From Candidatus Syntropharchaeum caldarium (GTDB lineage: Archaea > Halobacteriota > Syntropharchaeia > Syntropharchaeales > Syntropharchaeaceae): 32,000 bases of DNA. Under the pieces are notes generated by a model. The model was not told the DNA's origin. It searched no databases and was given only the letters and a program-made list of their open reading frames with translations. Position 1 is the stretch's first letter. Every line of letters begins with the position of its first letter. Where the stretch lies: positions 12,988 to 44,987 of the forward strand of contig LYOS01000003.1 of NCBI GenBank assembly GCA_001766815.1, written 5' to 3'. This document shows, one piece after another, positions 15,043 through 24,684 of the stretch. Both the position numbers and the translations under genes were made by a program.

Positions 15043-17670
15043 ATGATCGCAAACCCAAAACGGATAAAATCAATAAAATTCGGTATCTTCTCACCAAAAG
15101 AGATCAGAAAAATGAGTGTAACAAAGATTATAACACCTGACACGTACGATGATGACGGCTTCCCTATCGAGATGGGACTGATGGATCAGCGTCTCGGAGT
15201 TATTGACCCAGGACTTCGCTGTAAAACTTGTGGTGGAAGGCCTGGCGAGTGTCCGGGTCATTTTGGACATATTGAGCTTGTTGCACCGGTTATTCATGCA
15301 GGATATGCACGTCTCATCAAAAAGATCCTGCGTTCGACGTGTGTATCCTGTAACCGGGTTCTGCTTGAGAAGAAGGATCGGGACAGGTTTGTGACGCAGA
15401 TCAAGAGATTCCAGCAGGTAGGTCAGCCACTGGAAGAAATCCTGAAAGAAGTCTTCAAAAAAGCGATGGCCGTTGAAATATGTCCCCACTGTGGAACAAA
15501 ACAGCCAAAGATCACATTCGAATCTCCGACCACATACGAAGAGGATGGACATAAACTCATGCCTGCAGACATCAGAGCACGACTTGAACAGATTCCCGAT
15601 GAAGATCTTCCTGTTATGGGTATGAACCCAAAGGAAGTAAGGCCTGAATGGATGGTATTAACCGTTCTTCCTGTTCCGCCGGTTACTGCCCGTCCCTCGA
15701 TCACGCTTGAGAGCGGGCAGCGGAGTGAGGATGATCTAACACATAAGCTCGTTGATATAATCCGTATAAACCAGCGTTTTCAGGAAAATAGGGAAGCGGG
15801 AGCGCCTCAACTAATTATTGAAGATCTTTGGGAGCTTCTTCAGTACCACGTAACAACCTATATCGATAACGAGGTATCAGGCATCCCGCCTGCGAGACAC
15901 CGCAGTGGAAGACCTCTGAAGACCCTCTCACAGCGGCTTAAAGGAAAGGAAGGGCGGTTTAGAGGAAGCTTATCCGGTAAGCGTGTCAACTTCTCAGCCC
16001 GTACTGTGATCTCACCAGATCCAAACCTGAGCATAAATGAGGTTGGTGTACCGCAACGGATAGCAGAGGAGATGACGATAACCGAGAATGTCACGGATCG
16101 AAACTTTGAATCAATGCAGAAACTCATAAGGCGCGGAAGGAGATATCCTGCTGCCAACTATGTCAAACGTCTGGATGGCAAGCGTGTGAAGGTAACAGAG
16201 GCAAATTATGAGGAGCTTGCAGATCAGATGCAGGTTGGCTGGAAGGTCGAACGACAGCTCAGGGATGGTGATATCGTCCTTTTCAATCGTCAACCATCAC
16301 TCCATCGGATGAGTATAATGGCGCACCGCGTAAAGGTGATGCCAGGCAAGACGTTCCGACTCAACCCCGCTGTCTGCCCGCCGTATAACGCAGACTTTGA
16401 TGGGGACGAGATGAACCTCCATGTGCTCCAGAATGAGGAGGCACGGGCAGAGGCCAGGATACTGATGGATGTTGAGATGAATATACTTTCACCACGCTTT
16501 GGAGGACCTGTCATTGGTGGGATACACGATCATATCTCAGGGCTTTATCTCCTGACAAGGGGTGATATGCGGTTTGATGAGAATGATGCGCTCGAGTTGC
16601 TGCGCAGATCCAGAATCACAGATCTGATTGAGCCATCCGCAGGAGAGGGAAACAACAAACCATACTGGAGCGGAAAGGATATTTTCAGTATGATCCTGCC
16701 AGAAGGATTAAATTTGAGATTTGAGGCTGAGATATGCCAGAATTGTGATACCTGCCTCAAAGAGCAGTGTGAGCATGATGCTTATGTTGTGATAGAGAAC
16801 GGCAGGCTTATAACCGGCACAATCGATGAGAAAGCGATCGGAGCGTTCAAAGGAAAGATCCTTGATCGAATTACAAAGGAATACGGCTATGATCGTGCGA
16901 GAAAGTTCATCGACGAAGCCACAAGCCTTGCGATAAGGGCGATAACGCGGCTCGGGTTTAGCTTTGGAATCGATGATGAAGATATACCACCCGATGCACA
17001 GCGGCAGATACAGGCGTCGATCATTGCCACAGAAGAACGGGTTGCTCAACTCGTAGATGCGTACGATAACAATGAGCTTGAACCTCTGCCAGGCAGATCA
17101 ATCGAGGAGACTCTTGAGCTTCGGATCATGCAGGAACTTGGAAGAGTTCGTGACGCAGCGGGTGAGATCGCAGGGAAGTATCTTGGTATGGATAACACCG
17201 CGGTAGCAATGGCAGTTTCTGGTGCAAGGGGCTCGATGATGAATCTGACACAGATGGCTGGATGCGTTGGTCAACAGTCAGTACGAGGTGCACGGATCAC
17301 GCGAGGATTTGATAAGAGAACGCTCCCTCATTTTAGACGGGGAGATCTCGGTGCAGCAGCACACGGATTCGTCAAGTCCTCTTACAAAGAGGGATTAAGC
17401 CCAACTGAATTTTTCTTCCATGCGATTGGTGGGAGAGAGGGGCTGGTCGATACTGCAGTGAGGACATCTCAGTCTGGTTACTTCCAGCGTAGACTCATAA
17501 ACGCACTACAGGATATAGAGGTAAAGTACGACAGAACTGTCAGAGAGACACGGGGTATGATAGTCCAGTTTGAGTATGGAGAAGATGGCGTTGATCCATC
17601 GCGTGGTGATTATGGAAAGTCGGTCAATATCGATCGGATAATAGAGCTTGTCACCGGAGTGGGGGAGTAA
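15043..17670 (+). CDS. rpoA1: DNA-directed RNA polymerase subunit A' (Rpo1N)
   Basis: CKTCGGRPGECPGHFGHIEL is the Zn motif and YNADFDGDEMNLH is the catalytic Mg motif. ATG 15043 is preceded by AGGAGGA. The track extension to 15010 overlaps the rpoB 3' end. Confidence 0.95.
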   Translation: MIANPKRIKSIKFGIFSPKEIRKMSVTKIITPDTYDDDGFPIEMGLMDQRLGVIDPGLRCKTCGGRPGECPGHFGHIELVAPVIHAGYARLIKKILRSTCVSCNRVLLEKKDRDRFVTQIKRFQQVGQPLEEILKEVFKKAMAVEICPHCGTKQPKITFESPTTYEEDGHKLMPADIRARLEQIPDEDLPVMGMNPKEVRPEWMVLTVLPVPPVTARPSITLESGQRSEDDLTHKLVDIIRINQRFQENREAGAPQLIIEDLWELLQYHVTTYIDNEVSGIPPARHRSGRPLKTLSQRLKGKEGRFRGSLSGKRVNFSARTVISPDPNLSINEVGVPQRIAEEMTITENVTDRNFESMQKLIRRGRRYPAANYVKRLDGKRVKVTEANYEELADQMQVGWKVERQLRDGDIVLFNRQPSLHRMSIMAHRVKVMPGKTFRLNPAVCPPYNADFDGDEMNLHVLQNEEARAEARILMDVEMNILSPRFGGPVIGGIHDHISGLYLLTRGDMRFDENDALELLRRSRITDLIEPSAGEGNNKPYWSGKDIFSMILPEGLNLRFEAEICQNCDTCLKEQCEHDAYVVIENGRLITGTIDEKAIGAFKGKILDRITKEYGYDRARKFIDEATSLAIRAITRLGFSFGIDDEDIPPDAQRQIQASIIATEERVAQLVDAYDNNELEPLPGRSIEETLELRIMQELGRVRDAAGEIAGKYLGMDNTAVAMAVSGARGSMMNLTQMAGCVGQQSVRGARITRGFDKRTLPHFRRGDLGAAAHGFVKSSYKEGLSPTEFFFHAIGGREGLVDTAVRTSQSGYFQRRLINALQDIEVKYDRTVRETRGMIVQFEYGEDGVDPSRGDYGKSVNIDRIIELVTGVGE

Positions 17671-19050
<1,380 letters not shown>

Positions 19051-19051
19051 A

Positions 19052-19318
19052 ATGGATATGGATCGAGCACTAAAGATTGCTATGAGAACGGGGAAGGTAG
19101 TACTGGGTACAAAACAGACGCTTAAATCGATCAGAAATGGACGTGCAAAGGTCGTGGTCGTCTCAGCAAACTGTCCAGATTCAGTGAGAGATAAGATAGA
19201 GGGAGTACCCATACAGGAGTACAAAGGATTGAATACAGAACTTGGCCCTGCGTGTGGTAAACCATTTCCTGTCTCAGTGCTTGCAGTCATAGAGCCAGGT
19301 GATTCCGGGCTTGTATAA
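19052..19318 (+). CDS. rpl30e: Ribosomal protein eL30 (L30e)
   Basis: ALKIAMRTGKVVLGTKQTLKSIRNGRAKVVVVSANCP...GKPFPVSVLAV. The position between rpoA2 and nusA is the conserved one. Confidence 0.9.
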   Translation: MDMDRALKIAMRTGKVVLGTKQTLKSIRNGRAKVVVVSANCPDSVRDKIEGVPIQEYKGLNTELGPACGKPFPVSVLAVIEPGDSGLV

Positions 19319-19324
19319 AAACCA

Positions 19325-19768
19325 GTGAGGGATTGTAGTTTGACAGTGACACTGGATACAGATTGTATGCGATATATTGCACTCTTTGAGAGTTCAACTG
19401 GTGCAGTGGTGCGTGATTGTGTCGTTGATAGTGAAAATGATCGGCTGATATTTGTCATCAAACAGGGCGAGATGGGGCTTGCCATTGGTAAAGGAGGAGA
19501 GAATATAAATAGGGTCAGGGATATGATAGACAAAAAGATCGAGGTTGTGGAATATTCGGATGATGTGTGTGAGTTCATCTGTAACAGTTTCCAGCCAGTA
19601 CCTATAAAGAGTGTCAAAATTGTTGAGAAAAAAAAGAAACAGCTCGCATATGTCGAGGTTTTGAAGAAAGACAAGGGTCTTCTGATAGGAAAAAATGGTA
19701 GAAACATCCAGAAAGCCAAACTGCTGGCGAGCAGACATCATAATATCGATGATATACTGGTGATTTGA
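19325..19768 (+). CDS. nusA: Archaeal NusA-like protein (two KH domains)
   Basis: [18 protein letters not shown] plus two KH GxxG loops ([22 protein letters not shown]). The start is uncertain: GTG 19325 or in-frame GTG 19346. Confidence 0.85.
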   Translation: MRDCSLTVTLDTDCMRYIALFESSTGAVVRDCVVDSENDRLIFVIKQGEMGLAIGKGGENINRVRDMIDKKIEVVEYSDDVCEFICNSFQPVPIKSVKIVEKKKKQLAYVEVLKKDKGLLIGKNGRNIQKAKLLASRHHNIDDILVI

Positions 19769-20196
19769 TGGGAAAAGGAATGTATGCAGTTAGAAAATTG
19801 CGCAAAGATAGAAAAAAGTTCAGATGGAGCGATAGAAAATATATGACTCACGCGCTCAATCTGAAGAAGAAGGTAGATCCGTTAGAGGGTGCTCCCAGGG
19901 CACGTGGTATTGTACTTGAGAAGATTGGGATTGAGGCAAAGCAACCAAACTCTGCGATACGAAAGGCAGTCAGGGTTCAGCTTATAAAGAATGGTAAGCA
20001 GATTTCTGCATTCTGTCCAGGCGATGGTGCCATCAGTTTCATAGATGAGCACGACGAGGTCACGCTCGAGGGTATCGGCGGCAGAATGGGTGGCGCGTAC
20101 GGTGATATCCCTGGCGTTCGCTACAAGGTTGTTGAGGTCAATAACATGTCGCTTCGAGAGATGGTTCTTGGAAAACGTGAGAAACCTGTGAGGTAG
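19768..20196 (+). CDS. rps12: Ribosomal protein uS12
   Basis: [30 protein letters not shown] and the C-terminal GKREKP. ATG 19768 overlaps the nusA stop by 1 nt. The track start 19765 is a TTG one codon upstream. Confidence 0.95.
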   Translation: MGKGMYAVRKLRKDRKKFRWSDRKYMTHALNLKKKVDPLEGAPRARGIVLEKIGIEAKQPNSAIRKAVRVQLIKNGKQISAFCPGDGAISFIDEHDEVTLEGIGGRMGGAYGDIPGVRYKVVEVNNMSLREMVLGKREKPVR

Positions 20197-20201
20197 GTAT
20201 C

Positions 20202-20780
20202 ATGGCAGAAGAGAGCTTCGGAAGTCATTTTCTTGTATTTGGCAAGTGGAGTTGTGAAGGTCTTGAATTCAAAGATCTTGGAATTGATCGATGCATTGGA
20301 CTTGAGGGTTTCATCGTTCCATACTCCACTGGCGCAAAGAAGCGGTTTGACAAGATAAAGATGCCAATCGTTGAGCGACTCATAAACAAGATAATGAGGG
20401 GTGAACATAACACAGGCAAGAAGCAGAAAGCTTATAATATCGTGAAAGAAGCATTTGAGATCATCGCTGAACGAACAAATAAGAACCCACTTCAGGTTTT
20501 TATCACAGCAATCGAGAATGCAGGACCGAGAGAGGAGATCGTGAGGCTGAAGTTTGGTGGTATCTCAGTCCCCAAGTCTGTTGACACATCGCCGCTGAGA
20601 CGGGTTGATCAGGCACTTATGAATATCGCAAAAGGTGCCAAACGGTCGGCGTTCAAGAGCAAGCGATCGATAAGTGAGTGTCTTGCCACAGAGATCATCG
20701 CAGCGGCAAACTATGACGTACGAGCATTCTCGATCGCGAAAAAAGAGGAGAAAGAGCGTATCGCAAAAGCGGCACGGTAG
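20202..20780 (+). CDS. rps7: Ribosomal protein uS7
   Basis: PIVERLINKIMRGEHNTGKKQKAYNIVKEAFEII...LQVFITAIENAGPREE...KEEKERIAKAAR. The position after rps12 is the conserved one. Confidence 0.95.
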   Translation: MAEESFGSHFLVFGKWSCEGLEFKDLGIDRCIGLEGFIVPYSTGAKKRFDKIKMPIVERLINKIMRGEHNTGKKQKAYNIVKEAFEIIAERTNKNPLQVFITAIENAGPREEIVRLKFGGISVPKSVDTSPLRRVDQALMNIAKGAKRSAFKSKRSISECLATEIIAAANYDVRAFSIAKKEEKERIAKAAR

Positions 20781-20810
20781 TCCATGGTAAATCGCATCTG
20801 CGGTTAATGT

Positions 20811-20818
20811 TATATAAA
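20811..20818 (+). promoter_or_regulatory. TATA box for the KaiC-like module (leaderless geometry)
   Basis: The centre of TATATAAA lies ~25 nt upstream of ATG 20839, the spacing expected if transcription starts at or next to the start codon. Confidence 0.4.
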
Positions 20819-20838
20819 CTCGCATCGATAATTATGTG

Positions 20839-21144
20839 ATGGAGATCTTTGATAGGGAGTCAACAAAAGAATTAATTGAGGGGTTTGTCCTTATCATCCA
20901 CCGCACAGTCCTGAAAGAGATTGGGATTGAGAAGGTCATTGACGATATAAAGAAGGATAATGGGGAGGAAAAAGTCACCATAGAGGTGCAGATCCCTTCC
21001 AGTCTTCTGAAGGAGATTGAAGAAGACTTTGTTGGGATGGATCTTGCATCAAAGCTTTCGATAATCTTGGCTTATGGTGTTGCGGTTAGACGCTTTGAGA
21101 AGAACGTGAAAAACTATGAGCTTGCGATAAAAAAACGAGAATGA
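20839..21144 (+). CDS. Small highly charged helical protein of unknown function
   Basis: 101 aa (102 from GTG 20836), rich in E/K, with no motif I recognise. A 9-nt gap containing GAGGGG separates it from the next gene. Confidence 0.5.
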   Translation: MEIFDRESTKELIEGFVLIIHRTVLKEIGIEKVIDDIKKDNGEEKVTIEVQIPSSLLKEIEEDFVGMDLASKLSIILAYGVAVRRFEKNVKNYELAIKKRE

Positions 21145-21153
21145 GGGGTATAT

Positions 21154-21855
21154 ATGGATCGGCTTACAACCGGGATAGATGGATTGGACGATATGCTGTA
21201 CGGGGGGATTCCTGTAAACCATGTTGCAGTCATTGCCGGACCTGCTGGTGCTGGAAAAACGATCGCATCTCTGCAATTTGTTCATGCAAACCTGTTAAAA
21301 GGTAAGAACTGTCTTTATATCAGTGCAGGCGAAGATCCAGAGGCGTTGCTGGCAAACACAAGATCGTTTGGGTGGGAATTTGATCGTTTCCTCGATTCTG
21401 GAGCCCTTACATTGATGAAACCGAGACTGATCGAGGTTGTCAATCTCACGTCAGACTTTCTTGAGAAGCTTCCGCATGTGGTCAAGCGATCGAATGCCGA
21501 GATCATCGTAATCGACTCGATAACCGAGTTCAACGATCTCTGCCAGACAGATATAGAACGCAGGGGGAGAGTTCTCAACCTGTATGAGGCAATAAAAGAG
21601 AGTGGAGCGACAGGAATTTTAACGGCTGAGGCAGCTGTGGACGGTAATGGAACAAGATACGGGATTGCTGATTATGTCACCGATGGCGTGATCCTCCTGA
21701 GGCGGTTACAGTCAAAGGATCTGAGTGAACTCATTCATGTCGTCCAGATCAGCAAGATGCGATGGATTCAACATTCAAAGGAGATTCGCCAGTACGAAGT
21801 TACCGAGAAGGGGATACGAGTTCATTCAAAGTACAGTGTGATATTCAGTGAATGA
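21154..21855 (+). CDS. Single-domain KaiC/ArlH-like RecA-superfamily ATPase
   Basis: TGIDGLDDMLYGGIPVNHVAVIAGPAGAGKT is a Walker A and EIIVIDS a Walker B. The SFGWEFDRFLDSGAL segment is typical of KaiC-like rather than RadA/RadB proteins. Length is 233 aa. Confidence 0.75.
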   Translation: MDRLTTGIDGLDDMLYGGIPVNHVAVIAGPAGAGKTIASLQFVHANLLKGKNCLYISAGEDPEALLANTRSFGWEFDRFLDSGALTLMKPRLIEVVNLTSDFLEKLPHVVKRSNAEIIVIDSITEFNDLCQTDIERRGRVLNLYEAIKESGATGILTAEAAVDGNGTRYGIADYVTDGVILLRRLQSKDLSELIHVVQISKMRWIQHSKEIRQYEVTEKGIRVHSKYSVIFSE

Positions 21856-22654
21856 TAGAGGGGATTTTGATTACATGATATTTGCTGATCGGGATAAAGA
21901 GCGCAAGGAAGTTGTAGAGGGTTTTCTCAAAGATGGCAGTACACTCGTCATCGGTCTGCGCTCAGCGAGGGTTGAGCGCTATTTTTACAGGCTTGCGTAT
22001 GATATTTATGAGATGAGCGATGAGATCGATGGAATTCTATGGGTCTGTTACAATGCCACCCCAACTAAGGTGAGAGAACGATTTGAATCCTACGAGATCC
22101 CGATCCCTGAGAACTTCTGGTGCATCGATATGATAAGCTCAATGATAGGGCTTCCAAAAGATGATCCACAGGTGATCTACTGCAACACACCAACTGACTA
22201 CAACTGCATCTTTCTCACAATAGACTATGTGATCAAGAAGATCGGTAGGGTGGTTGTTGCCTTTGATGATCTGAATGCTGCCCTGAGCTATGACTCGCCG
22301 GATCGACTCGTCAAGGTGCTCAGAAATCTCAATAACAGGATACCAGAGAAAGGATGTACAAGTCTGTATCTGCTTGTAGAAGGAGCTACAACGCCTGAAA
22401 CCGAGAATGCAATCCAGGCAACGATGAATGCAATATTCAGGGTCGGTGAGAAGATACAGGTTTCTTCCCCAACACGTTCGATCAGGCTTAAAAAATGGTT
22501 CAAGACATGGGAGGAGCTTGAGAAAACAACATGGAGTGATGTCTTTTCTTTCAAAGACCCGGTACTTTATATATTGTTATTGATATCGCTGGTTGTGAAC
22601 GTTTTTCTTATGATGCTCCTCTTCTATGTTGTGATGCAGCGGATCGGGATCTAA
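21848..22654 (+). CDS. Predicted inactivated KaiC-like domain protein with C-terminal TM helix
   Basis: Collinear by eye with the preceding ATPase: GSTLVIG matches AVIAG, VVVAFDDLNAAL matches IIVIDSITEF, and TSLYLLVEG matches TGILTAEA. The P-loop position reads GLRSARVER. The C-terminal helix is VLYILLLISLVVNVFLMMLLFYVV. It overlaps the upstream gene by 8 nt; ATG 21875 is an alternative start. Confidence 0.5.
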   Translation: MNDRGDFDYMIFADRDKERKEVVEGFLKDGSTLVIGLRSARVERYFYRLAYDIYEMSDEIDGILWVCYNATPTKVRERFESYEIPIPENFWCIDMISSMIGLPKDDPQVIYCNTPTDYNCIFLTIDYVIKKIGRVVVAFDDLNAALSYDSPDRLVKVLRNLNNRIPEKGCTSLYLLVEGATTPETENAIQATMNAIFRVGEKIQVSSPTRSIRLKKWFKTWEELEKTTWSDVFSFKDPVLYILLLISLVVNVFLMMLLFYVVMQRIGI

Positions 22655-23082
22655 GACCTGAATTCAATATTAGTTCCCCTTTCAAGTCCAGCCTCTCTGA
22701 TCGTCCCTGCTGGTAGTTCAATTACAAACGAGACCGGTACCTTCGATGATCTGTATCCGATAAAGGGTTTCAGGGTTGCGAGATCCAGGATTTGGAGTGA
22801 TTTATTCAGAAATAGCAGATCGATCGGAAAGAAAACGAATAACATGTGGATCCTGACAACTGTTTCCTTTTTAAACGGAAAAACGAGTGCCGTATCCTTG
22901 AACGTACGCCTTAACATCAACCCTCTCACCTTTCTGAGGTAACTGTCTGCACACTCAACGTTTTCTGCGATCACACGTCCATCCGCCTTTGTGATCAGGT
23001 TATCCCCTCCATGGCCCCAAATCCACCTATCATCGATGCTGTACCTTTCAGCGTGAGAACCGAACTCATCGCACCGATCCAC
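22651..23082 (-). CDS. DUF192-family protein
   Basis: ADSYLRKVRGLMLRR...ALVFPF...IHMLFVFFPIDLLFLN...FVIELPAGT...GLERGTNIEF follows the DUF192 pattern. The start is uncertain. The track start would overlap the upstream gene by 88 nt, and the conserved part begins near 22990. Confidence 0.6.
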   Translation of the reverse strand: MDRCDEFGSHAERYSIDDRWIWGHGGDNLITKADGRVIAENVECADSYLRKVRGLMLRRTFKDTALVFPFKKETVVRIHMLFVFFPIDLLFLNKSLQILDLATLKPFIGYRSSKVPVSFVIELPAGTIREAGLERGTNIEFRS

Positions 23083-24668
23083 ATCATTATAACAAAGTGC
23101 AGTGTTGCACCTTTGAGGCTCCCCCCTTCAACAAGTTTGATCATGATAGCAGATGCGAATGAATGTCCTACGAGAATCACCAGGAGGAGAACATTCAGTA
23201 TCGTGGGATCAAGCGTCTCCTGGAGCATGCCGCCAACAACCTCCTGAGGAAGTGATGTTGATGAGAATAGGTCCTGCATCGTCCCAACGATTCCAAGCGA
23301 AAGATAGAGTGTGACCGCAACACCCGCCGTGAGACCGTACATCACACCCACAAGACTGCTTCCTGTCTGGTATCGCTGTGTCCTCAACCCCATAATATGT
23401 ATGAAGTTATTTGAGATGATATTACCTGCGGAATCTGCCTTGCCACCCACATCGATCGACTCGATGAACATATCAGAGAAACGCTGAATCAGGCTGCTTC
23501 CGGTCTCTGCTGCAAAGTGATACCATGAGCGCATCTTGTTGACACGAATCGCCAGCCGCTGATAGAGGTTGTTGACGTCCTGAGTTAATGCCCCAAAATC
23601 ATGTGCCCTCAGATCTTTGAGCGCAACATCCACGATCCCCCCTCTTGCAGCAGCAGACGCACCCAGTGAACGGATGAAGGATGCAAAGTTATCATCCCTC
23701 CGCTTTATATCCGCCTCTGCCTTTTTGATTACATGACCTATGAGTATGAGCGGCGTGAAGACAATCGCAGCCTTGAGCTGTAGTGGAAGATCAAGTTGCA
23801 GGAGAAGAATTAAAATCAGCATTACAAGGCATCCTGTGATTGCGACAGGAATTGTTCGCTTTATCTTTTGCTCCCTCTCTGTCTCCAGATTGACCGTGTG
23901 CCAGAGTTTCTCATGAGGGGTCTTTGTATTGACAAAGAAGACCAGAACCGTTTCCATGAATATGAACATGAAGACCGTCATCATCATCATCTGTGCCGGA
24001 TCGACACCGGTTATAAGAGGCATTATGATCGCGAATGACGCCATAAATATCAGCGCCATCACCATCGAGAGGTACATCTCTTTCATCAGCTCGATCTGGT
24101 AGAGCTGTCCTCTGTATACAACGTCATACTGCTTCATCACAACCTCCTGCTCACTCGTCAGGAAAACATCCATTGCTTCACCTGCATCCATCGCGTGTGC
24201 CAATCGATCGAGAAAGTCTGAGAGAAGAAGTGAAGGAGTTCTTCTGCCGACAAACCTGCACGCCTCTGACATGCTTAAATGCCATGTATCGACCATCAGG
24301 AAGATCTTACTGATCTCGTCTGCAAGCGCCCCGTATTCCTCTTTTTTCTTGCGAAGAAGCTCAAATATACCGGTCAGTGTGAGATCAGAGGTTGCTAAAA
24401 CGCCCATGTGAGTTATGAAGTAGTGCATGTTGTTGTTGATGTCTGCCCGCTTCTTATCAACCATCATCTTTGGATAGGCAACGGTAAGGAGGGTACCAAA
24501 GAGCGGGATTAAATAGATGACCAACCTGAATATACCTTCACCAAATACATCAGGAAAAAGCAGGAGCATAACAGCCGCAAATGTGAAGCTCATCAGGATG
24601 ATGGGCGCAGCAAATCGCTTGACATACCGATCCACTGGCATATCAAAACAATCCATCGTGCTTGGCAT
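22995..24668 (-). CDS. ArlJ/PilC/TadC-like polytopic membrane platform protein (type IV filament family)
   Basis: ~557 aa with repeated blocks of cytoplasmic helical domain plus TM bundles. Its position directly after the secretion ATPase fits. I prefer the start at ATG 24668 (MPSTMDCF), which is preceded by GGTGGTG. The track start 24734 would overlap the ATPase gene. Confidence 0.7.
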   Translation of the reverse strand: MPSTMDCFDMPVDRYVKRFAAPIILMSFTFAAVMLLLFPDVFGEGIFRLVIYLIPLFGTLLTVAYPKMMVDKKRADINNNMHYFITHMGVLATSDLTLTGIFELLRKKKEEYGALADEISKIFLMVDTWHLSMSEACRFVGRRTPSLLLSDFLDRLAHAMDAGEAMDVFLTSEQEVVMKQYDVVYRGQLYQIELMKEMYLSMVMALIFMASFAIIMPLITGVDPAQMMMMTVFMFIFMETVLVFFVNTKTPHEKLWHTVNLETEREQKIKRTIPVAITGCLVMLILILLLQLDLPLQLKAAIVFTPLILIGHVIKKAEADIKRRDDNFASFIRSLGASAAARGGIVDVALKDLRAHDFGALTQDVNNLYQRLAIRVNKMRSWYHFAAETGSSLIQRFSDMFIESIDVGGKADSAGNIISNNFIHIMGLRTQRYQTGSSLVGVMYGLTAGVAVTLYLSLGIVGTMQDLFSSTSLPQEVVGGMLQETLDPTILNVLLLVILVGHSFASAIMIKLVEGGSLKGATLHFVIMMWIGAMSSVLTLKGTASMIGGFGAMEGIT

Positions 24669-24684
24669 GCACCACCACCTTTTG

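Noticed and set aside
21154-21855. Alternative call of the 233-aa ATPase as RadB (a recombinase paralog).
   Set aside because: The region after Walker A (LYISAGEDPEALLANTRSFGWEFDRFLDSGAL) follows the KaiC-like pattern rather than the RadA/RadB pattern. The neighbourhood is not DNA-repair related. A profile search is needed to be certain.
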